Source of the DNA: Vicinamibacteria bacterium
GTDB lineage: Bacteria > Acidobacteriota > Vicinamibacteria > Marinacidobacterales > Marinacidobacteraceae
Reading direction: 5' to 3'
Length of the DNA stretch: 64,000 bases
Assembly: GCA_963422395.1 (NCBI GenBank)
Contig: OY729431.1
Span: 128,001 to 192,000 of the forward strand
Positions 18,351-27,467 of the stretch are shown piece by piece. The stretch's first letter is position 1. Each line of letters starts with the position of its first letter. The notes under the pieces were generated by a model. That model was not told where the DNA came from. It ran no database searches and was given only the letters and a program-made list of their open reading frames with translations. The translations under genes were made by a program, and so were the position numbers.

Positions 18351-20159
18351 ATGCTGGACCTCTGGCGGCGGCTCCTCCCCTACCTCGCGCGCTATCGGCG
18401 CCGGCTGGTGGCCGGCCTCGTCGCGCTCGCGCTCTGCCGGGTCTTCTTCCTGGTGGTGCCGCAGATCCTGGAACGGGCGGTGGATGCGCTGCAAGCCGGA
18501 GTCACCGACGAACTCTGGGCCTACGGCGGGCTGATCGCGGCTGCCGCCGCGGGTTCCGCGGTGTTCCGCTTCTACATGCGCTGGTACCTGATCGGGGTGT
18601 CCCGTTTCGCCGAGTACGACATGCGGCGGGATTTCTACGCGCGGCTCCAGGAGCTGCCCGCGACCTTCTACGCGCGCTACCGGGTCGGCGACATCCTGTC
18701 GCGGGGCGCGCAGGACATGAACGCAGTGCGGATGGTGCTGGGGCCGGGGGTCATGTATCCGGTGGAGACCGTCATCACCACGGTGGGTTGCTTCGCCTTC
18801 ATGCTGGCGATCAGCCCGCGGCTCACTCTGGTGGCGCTGGCGGTCATGCCGATGGTCTCGATCCTCATGAAGGTGCTCGGGGAAAAGATCTTCCGTCGGT
18901 CGGAGGTGGTGCAGGCGAAGATGGCCGACATCTCGGCGGTGGTCCAGGAGAACGCCGCTGCAGCGCGCCTCGTCCGCGCCTTCGTGCAAGAGGACGCCCA
19001 GCGCGAGATCTTCCGCAAGGAGAACGAGGCCTACGCGTCGCGCAGCATGGAACTGATCGCGGTCAGCGCGGCGCTCTTCCCGTTGCTGCTCACGCTGATC
19101 GGCATGGGGCTCGCCGGCGCTCTGGTCGTCGGCGGGCGGTTCGTCATCAGCGGCGCGATCAGTCTGGGCGAGCTGGTCGCCTTCCTCTTCTACTACGGGT
19201 ATCTGACTTGGCCGATGATCGCCCTCGGCTGGGTGGTGAACATCCACCAGCGCGGCGCCGCCTCCATGAAACGGCTGGCGGCGATCTTCGACGCGAGCCC
19301 GCTTCCGACGCCCGCAGCCGGCGGCGGCCCATCCCCGCTGCCTTCCCATCCGTCTCCGAGCGCCCCGCCCTCCATCGAGTTCCGGGGGGTCCGCTTCGCC
19401 TACCCCGGTCCCGCCGATCGGAACGGCGCGACCGGTCCCGCTCCCCGCCCGGTGCTCTCCGACTTCGACCTCACCATAGCCCCCGGCCAGACGGTGGCGC
19501 TCGTGGGGCGCACCGGCAGCGGCAAGAGCACGGTGGCCCGGCTCATCCCCCGTATCTACGACGCGCAGGAGGGCTCGGTGCGGATCGGCGGGCGCGATGT
19601 CCGGGAGGTCCCCCTGGACGAGCTGCGGAGCGCGATCGGTTTCGTGCCCCAGGACAGCTTCCTCTTCTCCCTGACCCTTCGGGACAACCTCTCTTTCGGC
19701 GACGCCGGGGCGCCCGTCTCCGAGGTGCACCGGGTCGCCCGGGAGGCTGGCATCGCCGCCGACATCGAGGGCTTTCCCGACGGCTACGCAACGATGGTCG
19801 GAGAACGCGGAGTGACGCTTTCCGGCGGCCAGCGGCAGCGGACGGCGATCGCCCGCGCCCTGTTGCTCGATGCGCCGATCCTGGTGCTCGACGATGTGCT
19901 GAGCGCGGTGGATTCCGAGACCGAGTCCCGTATCCTCGAAGCGGTGCGGCACGCTTCCAGGGAGCGCACCACCCTCATCGTCGCCCACCGACTGAGCACG
20001 GTGAAGGAGGCCGACGCCATCTACCTGCTCGACGCCGACGAGAGCGGGGTGACCCGGATCGTCGAGCGGGGCGCCCACGAGGAGCTGATCGCTGCCGGAG
20101 GGCTCTACGCCAGCATGTACCGGCGGCAGATGCTCGAAGAGGAGCTCTCGAGCCTGTGA
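18351..20159 (+). CDS. ABC exporter TMD-NBD, heterodimer subunit 1
   Basis: TMD plus GRTGSGKS and LSGGQRQR; Walker B VLDD (degenerate site). Confidence 0.92.
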   Translation: MLDLWRRLLPYLARYRRRLVAGLVALALCRVFFLVVPQILERAVDALQAGVTDELWAYGGLIAAAAAGSAVFRFYMRWYLIGVSRFAEYDMRRDFYARLQELPATFYARYRVGDILSRGAQDMNAVRMVLGPGVMYPVETVITTVGCFAFMLAISPRLTLVALAVMPMVSILMKVLGEKIFRRSEVVQAKMADISAVVQENAAAARLVRAFVQEDAQREIFRKENEAYASRSMELIAVSAALFPLLLTLIGMGLAGALVVGGRFVISGAISLGELVAFLFYYGYLTWPMIALGWVVNIHQRGAASMKRLAAIFDASPLPTPAAGGGPSPLPSHPSPSAPPSIEFRGVRFAYPGPADRNGATGPAPRPVLSDFDLTIAPGQTVALVGRTGSGKSTVARLIPRIYDAQEGSVRIGGRDVREVPLDELRSAIGFVPQDSFLFSLTLRDNLSFGDAGAPVSEVHRVAREAGIAADIEGFPDGYATMVGERGVTLSGGQRQRTAIARALLLDAPILVLDDVLSAVDSETESRILEAVRHASRERTTLIVAHRLSTVKEADAIYLLDADESGVTRIVERGAHEELIAAGGLYASMYRRQMLEEELSSL

Positions 20160-21952
20160 TCTCCGAAAACGCCCCCGGAAGAAGAGCCCCGGCGGCGCCG
20201 CGGGCCGACCGGCGGCTGCTCACGAACATGCTGCCCTATGTGGCGCCGTACTGGCCGTTCGTGGCTTTAGGAGTGGGGCTCGTGCTGATCGGCGCCGGAG
20301 CGCAGCTCGCCGGTCCCTACCTGACCCGAATCGCCCTCGACGACTACATCGCCGCCGGCGATCTCGACGGCCTGTTCCGCATCCTGGGTCTCTACGCGGT
20401 GATCCTCGCGGCCGGTTTCGCCGCTGCCTACGGACAGGCGTGGATCGTGAACCTGTTCGGCCAGCGGGTCATGCGCGACATTCGGCGGGATGTTTTCGAC
20501 CACATCCAGAAGCTCCACACCGGCTGGTTCGACCGCCACCCGATCGGTCAAGTGGTCACCCGCGCCACCAGCGATGTGGACGCCCTGAACGAGCTGCTGA
20601 GCTCGGGAGTGGTGATGATCGTGACCGATGTGGTGCTGCTGGTCGGGATCATGACCGCGCTCCTGCTCATGAACTGGCAGCTCGCTCTCGTCACCTTCGG
20701 GGCGGTGCCGGCCCTCTTCCTCGCCGGCTGGATCTTCCGCCGCCGGATCCGGCCCGCGTTCCGCCGGGTGCGGGCGGCGGTCGCCTCGGTGAACGCCTTC
20801 ATCCAGGAGACCCTGACCGGGATGGAGGTGTTGCAGCTCTTCCGGCAGGAGCGCCGCCGCGCCCGGGAATACCGGGTTCTGAACCGGGAGCACACCGGCG
20901 CCCACCTCGACACCGTGTTCTGCTTCTCGGTCTTCTATCCGGTGGTCGAGATGATCACCGCGGTCACCATCGCGCTGATCGTCGGCTACGGCGGATCGAG
21001 GATCGGTACCGGGACGCTGACCGTCGGAGGGCTGGTCGCCTTCCTGATGTACTCGGAGATGTTCTTCCGGCCCATCCGCGACCTCACCGAGAAGTTCAAC
21101 ATCTTGCAGGGCGCGATGGCGGCGTCGGAGCGGATCGTCGAGCTGCTGGAGACCGAGCCGGCGATCCGCTCGAGAACACGCTCGCGCCTGCCCGCCCACC
21201 GGCCCGGCTCCCTGCGGCTCGAAAAAATCTCGTTCGCCTACAACGCCGACGATTGGGTGCTGCGGGACATCGACCTGCAAGTGGAGCCCGGCGAGACGGT
21301 GGCGCTCGTCGGACATACCGGATCGGGGAAGACCACTCTCGCCGGTTTGCTGCTCCGCCTCTACGATGTCCAGCGCGGGGCGGTGCTGGTGGATGGCCTC
21401 GATGTGCGCGAATGGAAGGTCCCGGAACTGCGCCGCCAGTTCTCGATGGTCCAGCAGGATGTGCATCTGTTCTCCGGAACCGTGCTCGACAACATCCGTC
21501 TCGGCGACGAGGAGATCAGCGAGGAGGACGCCCGCCGGGCGGCGGAGGCCGCCGAAGTGACCGGCTGGGCCCGGAACCTGCCCGCCGGGCTGGAAACCCG
21601 TCTCGGCGAACGCGGCGGCGGGCTTTCGCAGGGGCAGCGCCAGCTTGTCGGGATCGCCCGGGCGATGGCGCGGAGTTCGCGGGTGTTGGTGCTCGATGAG
21701 GCCACTTCCAGCGTGGATACCGAGACGGAGCGCGCCGTCCAGACGGCGCTCGCCCGGGTGCTCGAAAATCGGACCAGCCTGGTGATCGCCCACCGGCTCT
21801 CCACGATCCGGGGCGCCGACCGCATCGTGGTACTCCACCGGGGCCGAATCCGGGAGAGCGGCACCCACGGCGAGCTGCTCGAAGCCGGAGGGATCTACCG
21901 GAGACTGTACGAATTGCAGTTCGCCGAGGAGGCGGTGCTGGCCGCCGGCTGA
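20156..21952 (+). CDS. ABC exporter TMD-NBD, heterodimer subunit 2
   Basis: GTG 20156 overlaps the upstream stop; GHTGSGKT, LSQGQRQ, LDEATSS. Confidence 0.92.
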   Translation: MISENAPGRRAPAAPRADRRLLTNMLPYVAPYWPFVALGVGLVLIGAGAQLAGPYLTRIALDDYIAAGDLDGLFRILGLYAVILAAGFAAAYGQAWIVNLFGQRVMRDIRRDVFDHIQKLHTGWFDRHPIGQVVTRATSDVDALNELLSSGVVMIVTDVVLLVGIMTALLLMNWQLALVTFGAVPALFLAGWIFRRRIRPAFRRVRAAVASVNAFIQETLTGMEVLQLFRQERRRAREYRVLNREHTGAHLDTVFCFSVFYPVVEMITAVTIALIVGYGGSRIGTGTLTVGGLVAFLMYSEMFFRPIRDLTEKFNILQGAMAASERIVELLETEPAIRSRTRSRLPAHRPGSLRLEKISFAYNADDWVLRDIDLQVEPGETVALVGHTGSGKTTLAGLLLRLYDVQRGAVLVDGLDVREWKVPELRRQFSMVQQDVHLFSGTVLDNIRLGDEEISEEDARRAAEAAEVTGWARNLPAGLETRLGERGGGLSQGQRQLVGIARAMARSSRVLVLDEATSSVDTETERAVQTALARVLENRTSLVIAHRLSTIRGADRIVVLHRGRIRESGTHGELLEAGGIYRRLYELQFAEEAVLAAG

Positions 21953-21959
21953 GGGGGAG

Positions 21960-22388
21960 ATGGCCGTCCCGCTGCGCCTCGATCAGGCCGGCGTTCTCGA
22001 AGTGCTTCCCCACCGGGAACCGTTCCTGTTCCTCCACGGAGTCTCGGATCTGGTTCCCGGCCAGCGCGCGCGCGGGTTCGTGATCATTCCGGCGGACCAC
22101 CCCTACGGCTTCGGCCAGCCGCACCTTCCCGCCGGGCTCATCATCGAAGCGATGGCGCAGCTCGGCGGGGTGGCGATGCTCTACGAACAGCGCGAAGAAA
22201 AACCCATCGCGCTCTTCCGCTCGGTGGCGAACTTCGTGATGGAACGGACCGCAGACTTCGGGGTCCGGCTCGACCTCTCAGCGGAGGTCGGCCGGATTCG
22301 GGGACGGCTCGGCGAGGTCAGCACCCGAGCGAGCGTCGGAGGAAAACCGATCGCTAGCGCCCTCCTGGGCTTTGCGGTGATGCGATGA
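21960..22388 (+). CDS. FabA/FabZ-like hot-dog fold dehydratase (divergent)
   Basis: LPHREPFLF, LIIEAMAQ. Confidence 0.75.
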   Translation: MAVPLRLDQAGVLEVLPHREPFLFLHGVSDLVPGQRARGFVIIPADHPYGFGQPHLPAGLIIEAMAQLGGVAMLYEQREEKPIALFRSVANFVMERTADFGVRLDLSAEVGRIRGRLGEVSTRASVGGKPIASALLGFAVMR

Positions 22389-22442
22389 CCGGGAGCTGGA
22401 CCCGGCGGCGCCCGCCTTCCGGGCCTTCGGCGGGCCTGACTC

Positions 22443-22619
22443 GGGAGAACTGGGCCTCCCCCGTTCTCCCGGTGGGGGCGCCCGGCGGGCAAGGCGCGGG
22501 AGGGAGGAATGCCGGGAGTATTTCGAGCGAAACGCAACGATGAGCGCCGTGAAACGGGGCGGTTCAGCCGAGATGCATCGCCGGCCTTTGGCCGTGTGAC
22601 TTTGTCCACAGGCTGCTAG
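22443..22619. mobile_element. MITE-like element, inverted copy with one intact end
   Basis: Reverse complement begins ctagcagcctgtggacaaagtcacacggccaaagg, near-identical to 6922-6955. Confidence 0.7.
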
Positions 22620-22629
22620 ACTCGCCACG

Positions 22630-22863
22630 ATGACAGATCGGGTACGCACGATTCTCCAGGGCGCGGGGAGCCTGTTGGACATCTTTCCCGAGACAGGGCG
22701 GTACCAGGAACTAGTCCCGAAGGGGACTGTCGCCGAGCGTCTCGGCGGTCATTGGGAGCGGGTCGGACAGCACATCGCCGCGGCCACTCGGCAGTTCGGC
22801 AGTGAAGAAGCGAACGCAGCGTCGAAGGAGAAAACTCCTTCCGAGTCCTCCGAACGGCGCTGA
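22630..22863 (+). CDS. Small hypothetical protein upstream of DUF2335
   Basis: 77 aa; GAGSLLDIFP...HWERVGQHI. Confidence 0.6.
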   Translation: MTDRVRTILQGAGSLLDIFPETGRYQELVPKGTVAERLGGHWERVGQHIAAATRQFGSEEANAASKEKTPSESSERR

Positions 22864-23245
22864 CCGCGCGGTCGGATCGGCCGCGGCGGGCAGCGTTCGG
22901 GTCACCCGGTTCCAAGGTCCACTGCCGCCGCCGGCAGTGCTCCAAGGCTATGAAGGCGTCATTCCCGGGGCAGCGGCCCGCATCCTCGCGATGGCTGAGC
23001 GGGAGCAATCGGCGCAACAGGATCTAGCGGAGAAGGTGGTGTCACAAGCCGCCGCGGACAGGAGACGGGGCCAATATCTCGGCCTCATGACGGTATTGGC
23101 GGCACTGGGAGCCGCATCGTTCCTCGGTTATCTGGGCCATGCTGCCGCCGCCGGCATGGTGGGAGGGACGACCGTCTGCGGACTCGCAGCGGTCTTTGCG
23201 ATGGGGAGGCGAGGCGCTTCGGCGCCGCCGGGCCGTTCGTCATGA
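22802..23245 (+). CDS. DUF2335-like membrane protein
   Basis: FQGPLPPPAVLQGYEGVIPGAAARILAMAEREQ followed by 2 TM helices. Confidence 0.8.
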   Translation: MKKRTQRRRRKLLPSPPNGADRAVGSAAAGSVRVTRFQGPLPPPAVLQGYEGVIPGAAARILAMAEREQSAQQDLAEKVVSQAAADRRRGQYLGLMTVLAALGAASFLGYLGHAAAAGMVGGTTVCGLAAVFAMGRRGASAPPGRSS

Positions 23246-24003
23246 GCGCTGCCGTCGTCGGTGTGAGCCCTTCTCGCTTGCTGCTCCCCCGCCAGGAGCA
23301 GCGTCTCCCGGTACTGCATGGGAAACGAGTCGAGGAGCTCGCTCCGTCGGACTTCTTGGGATCGATGAACGAAGTCGAAGTTCGGAACGCACCGAAGACG
23401 ATCTTCGCAGCCGGGGATATCTCCCTTCTGAAATCCGGCCGTCGCGTATCTGTCGTCGGGTCTCGGAAGGCGGCCCCTGAAGATCTGGAGCGCGCACGCA
23501 GGCTCGTGGGAGAGCTCGTCTCCCGATGTGTCACCGTCGTAAGCGGGCTCGCCGCCGGGATCGACACCGCCGCCCATCGGAAGGCACTGGAAATGCGCGG
23601 ACGCACGCTCGCGGTTCTCGCTACGCCTCTGGATCGGACTTATCCGAAGTCCAATATCGAGCTTCAAGAGCAGATCGTTAGTTCCGATCTCGCCATCTCG
23701 CAATATGCATTCGGAACGAAAGTGCGCCGTGAAAATTTCGTGAGCCGCAATCGAACGATGGCGCTTCTCTGCGACGCGACGATCATCGTTGCCGCCGACG
23801 AAACTAGCGGTACGCAGCATCAGGGCTGGGAGGCGATTCGTCTAGGGCGCCCTCTCTTCTTCCTGGATCATCTGCTGGATCGGAATGTCTCCTGGATACG
23901 AGAACAGATGCAGTACGGCGCGGATTCGCTCGGTCCCGAAAACCTCGACCTGTTCTTCGAGCACTTGCCGGAACGCGGGGCATTCGAAAGTTTTGCTTTC
24001 TGA
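23242..24003 (+). CDS. DprA/Smf-like Rossmann-fold protein (short form)
   Basis: VSVVGSR, VSGLAAGIDTAAH, FVSRNRTM and SGT motifs. Confidence 0.88.
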   Translation: MSAAVVGVSPSRLLLPRQEQRLPVLHGKRVEELAPSDFLGSMNEVEVRNAPKTIFAAGDISLLKSGRRVSVVGSRKAAPEDLERARRLVGELVSRCVTVVSGLAAGIDTAAHRKALEMRGRTLAVLATPLDRTYPKSNIELQEQIVSSDLAISQYAFGTKVRRENFVSRNRTMALLCDATIIVAADETSGTQHQGWEAIRLGRPLFFLDHLLDRNVSWIREQMQYGADSLGPENLDLFFEHLPERGAFESFAF

Positions 24004-24619
24004 GATCCAGTGTCACTCGTACTTCGTCTATTCGCCGTGCGATCCATCGAGACGAGGAGTCCGGGCTCGAAACGCCTGTTATGCACTCAAGCGGGGCGAT
24101 GACGAGACCATCTCTGTCACTTGTCGATACCTGGCCGAGCACTTGGATGAAGAGTGGCGGTCAGATGTTTTCGGTCCGGAGAAGACTCTCGTTCCCGTGC
24201 CTCGGAGCGGACCTCTCCGTCGTCCCGATTCTCTGTGGCCCGCCAGAAATCTGGTGGAGGGTCTCGTCGAATTTGGACTCGGCCGGGATTGGCAGCCGCT
24301 GCTTCGCCGTAAGACAGGAGTACGGAAGTCGGCGACCGCACCGCCCGGAAAGCGACCGACAACCGCAGAGCACTTCGATTCCTTCGCGGTGATTCCGCCG
24401 AACCCGCATTGTGCGGCAGTTACCGTTGTCGACGACGTGATAACTAGGGGAGCGACGATGCTCGCCGCTATCTCCCGGCTTCGGAAAGCCCTGCCTGATA
24501 TATCGGTACAGGGGTTCGCTTGTTTCCGTACGATGAGCAATCAGCCGATAACGAGGAATCCGGTGCCCGTAGTCTGCCGGATCCGACTCGAAGGGGATCG
24601 GACAGTTCGGTCCCCGTAA
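23993..24619 (+). CDS. Phosphoribosyltransferase (ComF-like)
   Basis: TTG 23993 overlaps the DprA end; LVPVPRS, PRPP loop VVDDVITRGATM. Confidence 0.82.
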   Translation: MLSEIQCHSYFVYSPCDPSRRGVRARNACYALKRGDDETISVTCRYLAEHLDEEWRSDVFGPEKTLVPVPRSGPLRRPDSLWPARNLVEGLVEFGLGRDWQPLLRRKTGVRKSATAPPGKRPTTAEHFDSFAVIPPNPHCAAVTVVDDVITRGATMLAAISRLRKALPDISVQGFACFRTMSNQPITRNPVPVVCRIRLEGDRTVRSP

Positions 24620-24756
24620 CCTCCCATTCGCTGCTCGACCAGCCGATGCCAGACGCGCAGGCATCGGGAATCGATCCTCAAGCCGCCGGCACCGTGGGAA
24701 GGGTGACCGTCTGCGGACTCGCCGCCGGGTCCGGAGCAGTCCTGACCCGGTTTCCG

Positions 24757-25905
24757 TCAGCGCGGGAGCGGTGGTTCCCCGGAGCGGGCGGGGAGCACCG
24801 AGGCGAGTACCGTTTCCAGGGCGTCGGCGGCGCGGTGCATGTCCTCGGCCCTCGTCCAGCCGAGGTGGCCGAGTCGCAGGACCTTGCCGGCGAAACGCCC
24901 GAGACCTCCAGCGAGGACGATGCCGTGCCGTTCCTTGAGCGTGAGGGAGAGGCGGGACCAGGATAGGCCGTCCGGCAGCCACGCGGCGGTGACGGTGTTC
25001 GAGGCGGAGGATTCGTCCGCCGCCACCAGGCGGAGACCCATCTCCTGGAGCCGGCTGCGGGCGGCAGCGGCGGCTTCCGCGTGGCGGCGGAACACGGCAT
25101 CGCGTCCTTCCCGGAGCAGGAGACGAACACCCGCCTCCATGGCGAAGAGGACCGGAAGCGCGGGGGTGAAGGGCAGGGAGCCGCGGCTTTGGGCTTCCCG
25201 ATAGCGATCGAAGCTCCAGTAGAAGCGGGGGAGCCTCGCGGTCCGCTCCGCCGCCTCGGCCCGTTCCGAGGTCCAGAGCATCGCCATTCCGGGCGGCAGA
25301 CCCCATGCCTTCTGGGAGGCGGTGAAGACCGCGTCGCAGGAATCCACCGCGAGGGGCATCGCGCCCAAGCTCGACACCGCGTCCACCAGCACCAGCGCGT
25401 CGCCGGCCTCGCGGACGGCCCGAATCAGTTCCGGCAGCGGATGGCGCACTCCGGTCGAGGTCTCCGAATGGGTGAGCAGTACGGCGCGGGTCTCCGGCTG
25501 GGCGGCGAGCGCCGCGCGGAGCCGCTCGGGATCGGCGGCTTCGCCCCATGGAGTCTGGAGGTCCAGGGTGTCCAACCCGAACGCTGTCGCTACCCCGAGG
25601 AAACGCTCGGCGAACTGGCCGCCGCCGCTCCCGATAACCCGGTCGCCGGGCGACAGGGTGTTGGCGACGGTCGCCTCCATCGCTCCGGTGCCGGAAGCAG
25701 TGAGCAGCACCGGCTGCCTCTCGCTCCCGAGAAACTCCGAGAACCCGTTCGTGATGCGGCCGAGGAGCGCCCGCATCTCCGGCCCCCGGTAGGACATCAT
25801 CGGCCGGGCCGCCGCTCGCGCCACCTCCGGATGCAGCGCGGTGGGGCCGGGAATCAGCAGGCCCGGCGGGATCGGGGCGCCAGGGGTGCGGCGGCCACCG
25901 GTCAC
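24757..25905 (-). CDS. Class V PLP aminotransferase (alanine-glyoxylate/serine-pyruvate type)
   Basis: IPGPT, SGTGAMEA, HSETSTG, DAVSS and SQKAWG motifs. Confidence 0.92.
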   Translation of the reverse strand: MTGGRRTPGAPIPPGLLIPGPTALHPEVARAAARPMMSYRGPEMRALLGRITNGFSEFLGSERQPVLLTASGTGAMEATVANTLSPGDRVIGSGGGQFAERFLGVATAFGLDTLDLQTPWGEAADPERLRAALAAQPETRAVLLTHSETSTGVRHPLPELIRAVREAGDALVLVDAVSSLGAMPLAVDSCDAVFTASQKAWGLPPGMAMLWTSERAEAAERTARLPRFYWSFDRYREAQSRGSLPFTPALPVLFAMEAGVRLLLREGRDAVFRRHAEAAAAARSRLQEMGLRLVAADESSASNTVTAAWLPDGLSWSRLSLTLKERHGIVLAGGLGRFAGKVLRLGHLGWTRAEDMHRAADALETVLASVLPARSGEPPLPR

Positions 25906-27467
25906 ATGGTCAGGATTGCGGCGAAGCTGACGATGGAACGGAAGAAGTGGCCGAGGCGCAAGTTCTCGTTCGGGCTGTGCTGATTGTTGTCGTGGTTGAC
26001 CGTCGGAATCATGAGCGCCGGAACCCCGAGCGCCTCGACGAAGGGCGCGATCGGCACGGTCCCGCCGCTCGTGCGCTTCCTCACCGGCGCTTCGCCCCAG
26101 ATCTCGGTGAGGCTCGAAACGACGCGCGCCGCCAGCGGATGGTCGAGCGCGGTCCGGAAGGCGTTCGTTCCGCTCCCGCGGGTTAGACGGAGCAGGCGGG
26201 GGTACTCCTCGCGTTCGGCATCGGTCGGGTCGCGGTCGAGAACCAGGTAGCCCTGCGCTTCGATGAAGTCCCGCACTCTGGAGTACATGGCCTCGGCGGG
26301 AGTCTCGGCGACGAGGCGAACATCCATGTCGGCGGTTGCGGTGGCCGGCACGATGGTGCGGGCGTCGCTCCCGACCCAGGCGCTTCGGAGGCCGCGCACA
26401 TTCAGCGAGGGGTACTGGATCGCCTCCTGGAGCGAATCCCCCACTCGATCGGCTTCCGCGAAGCCGAGAGAGCGCCGGAGCGCCGGAAGGTCGTCGGGGA
26501 CCGCATCGAGCGCCGCCTGCTCTTCCTCGGTGAACTCGATCCCATCGTAGAAGCCGGGAATCACCACGCGCCCGGCATCGTCTTTCATCGAAGCGATCAA
26601 GCGGGCGAGTCGGACGGCCGGATTCGGCGCCCAGTTGCCGTAGTGCCCGCTGTGGAGCGGGACGCGCGGTCCGTACACCACCAGTTCGAGGGTGAGGATG
26701 CCGCGGGCCCCGAAGCTGACCGTCGGGCGGCCGCTCTGATGGAGCGGGCCGTCGAGGATGAACATCGCGTCGGCGCGGAACCGTTCCTGGTAGCGGGAAA
26801 TCGCCGGTACCAGACTCGGAGAGCCCGCTTCCTCCTCGCCGTCGAGGAGGATCTTGAGGTGGCTCGACACCCCGATTCCCTCGCTGTCGAGGGCGTCGAT
26901 CGCTCCCAGGAAGGCGATGATCGGCGCGGTGTCGTCGGCGACCGAGCGAGCGTAGATCCGGTCGTCGGTCTCGAACACTTCGCTCGCCTCGAGATCGAGG
27001 CGAGCGGCGCCGTCTTCGAGACGGCCGTCGCGGAGCACCGGCTCGAACGGGTCTGCCTGCTCCCAGCGAGCGGGATCCACCGGCTGTCCGTCGTAGTGGA
27101 AGTAGAGGAGCAGGGTGCGGCTTGCCCCGGGGGAGGAGCGCTCGCCGAAGACCAGCGGATTTCCGTCGGTCGGGAGCAATTCGGCTTCGAAGCCCCGGCG
27201 CTCGAGTGCCGCTTCGAGGAAGAGCGCCTTCCGTCGGATGTTCGAGGCGTCGGCGGCTACCGAGGGAATCGAGACGGCTGCGACGAGTTCACGGACCAAC
27301 GCCTGCTGGGCATCGGCAGCGGAACGCTCCACGGTCGCGCGAAGGTCCTGCCCCGCTGCGGCGGGGAACGCGAGCGCCGCGAGCGCACCGGCGGCGAAGG
27401 CTGCGGCCGGCCCGCCGCGACTTCCGAAAAACACGATGGAAATCACGGAGCGGTGTCCACGGTCCAT
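25902..27467 (-). CDS. M20/M25/M40 metallopeptidase
   Basis: HYDGQP, ARSVADD, DGEEEAGS, HSGHYGN, HSPNEN. Confidence 0.9.
   Translation of the reverse strand: MDRGHRSVISIVFFGSRGGPAAAFAAGALAALAFPAAAGQDLRATVERSAADAQQALVRELVAAVSIPSVAADASNIRRKALFLEAALERRGFEAELLPTDGNPLVFGERSSPGASRTLLLYFHYDGQPVDPARWEQADPFEPVLRDGRLEDGAARLDLEASEVFETDDRIYARSVADDTAPIIAFLGAIDALDSEGIGVSSHLKILLDGEEEAGSPSLVPAISRYQERFRADAMFILDGPLHQSGRPTVSFGARGILTLELVVYGPRVPLHSGHYGNWAPNPAVRLARLIASMKDDAGRVVIPGFYDGIEFTEEEQAALDAVPDDLPALRRSLGFAEADRVGDSLQEAIQYPSLNVRGLRSAWVGSDARTIVPATATADMDVRLVAETPAEAMYSRVRDFIEAQGYLVLDRDPTDAEREEYPRLLRLTRGSGTNAFRTALDHPLAARVVSSLTEIWGEAPVRKRTSGGTVPIAPFVEALGVPALMIPTVNHDNNQHSPNENLRLGHFFRSIVSFAAILTM

Noticed and set aside
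18257-21952. Apparent long fusion ORFs (1231-aa ABC; also 927-aa moaA, 676-aa HNH, 909-aa TolC)
   Set aside because: The N-terminal extensions are off-frame overlaps with neighbouring genes; real starts are internal
23242-24619. DprA plus ComF as natural-competence genes
   Set aside because: Short DprA, no ComF double Zn-ribbon, lower GC and accessory context favour a defence/TA-type pair
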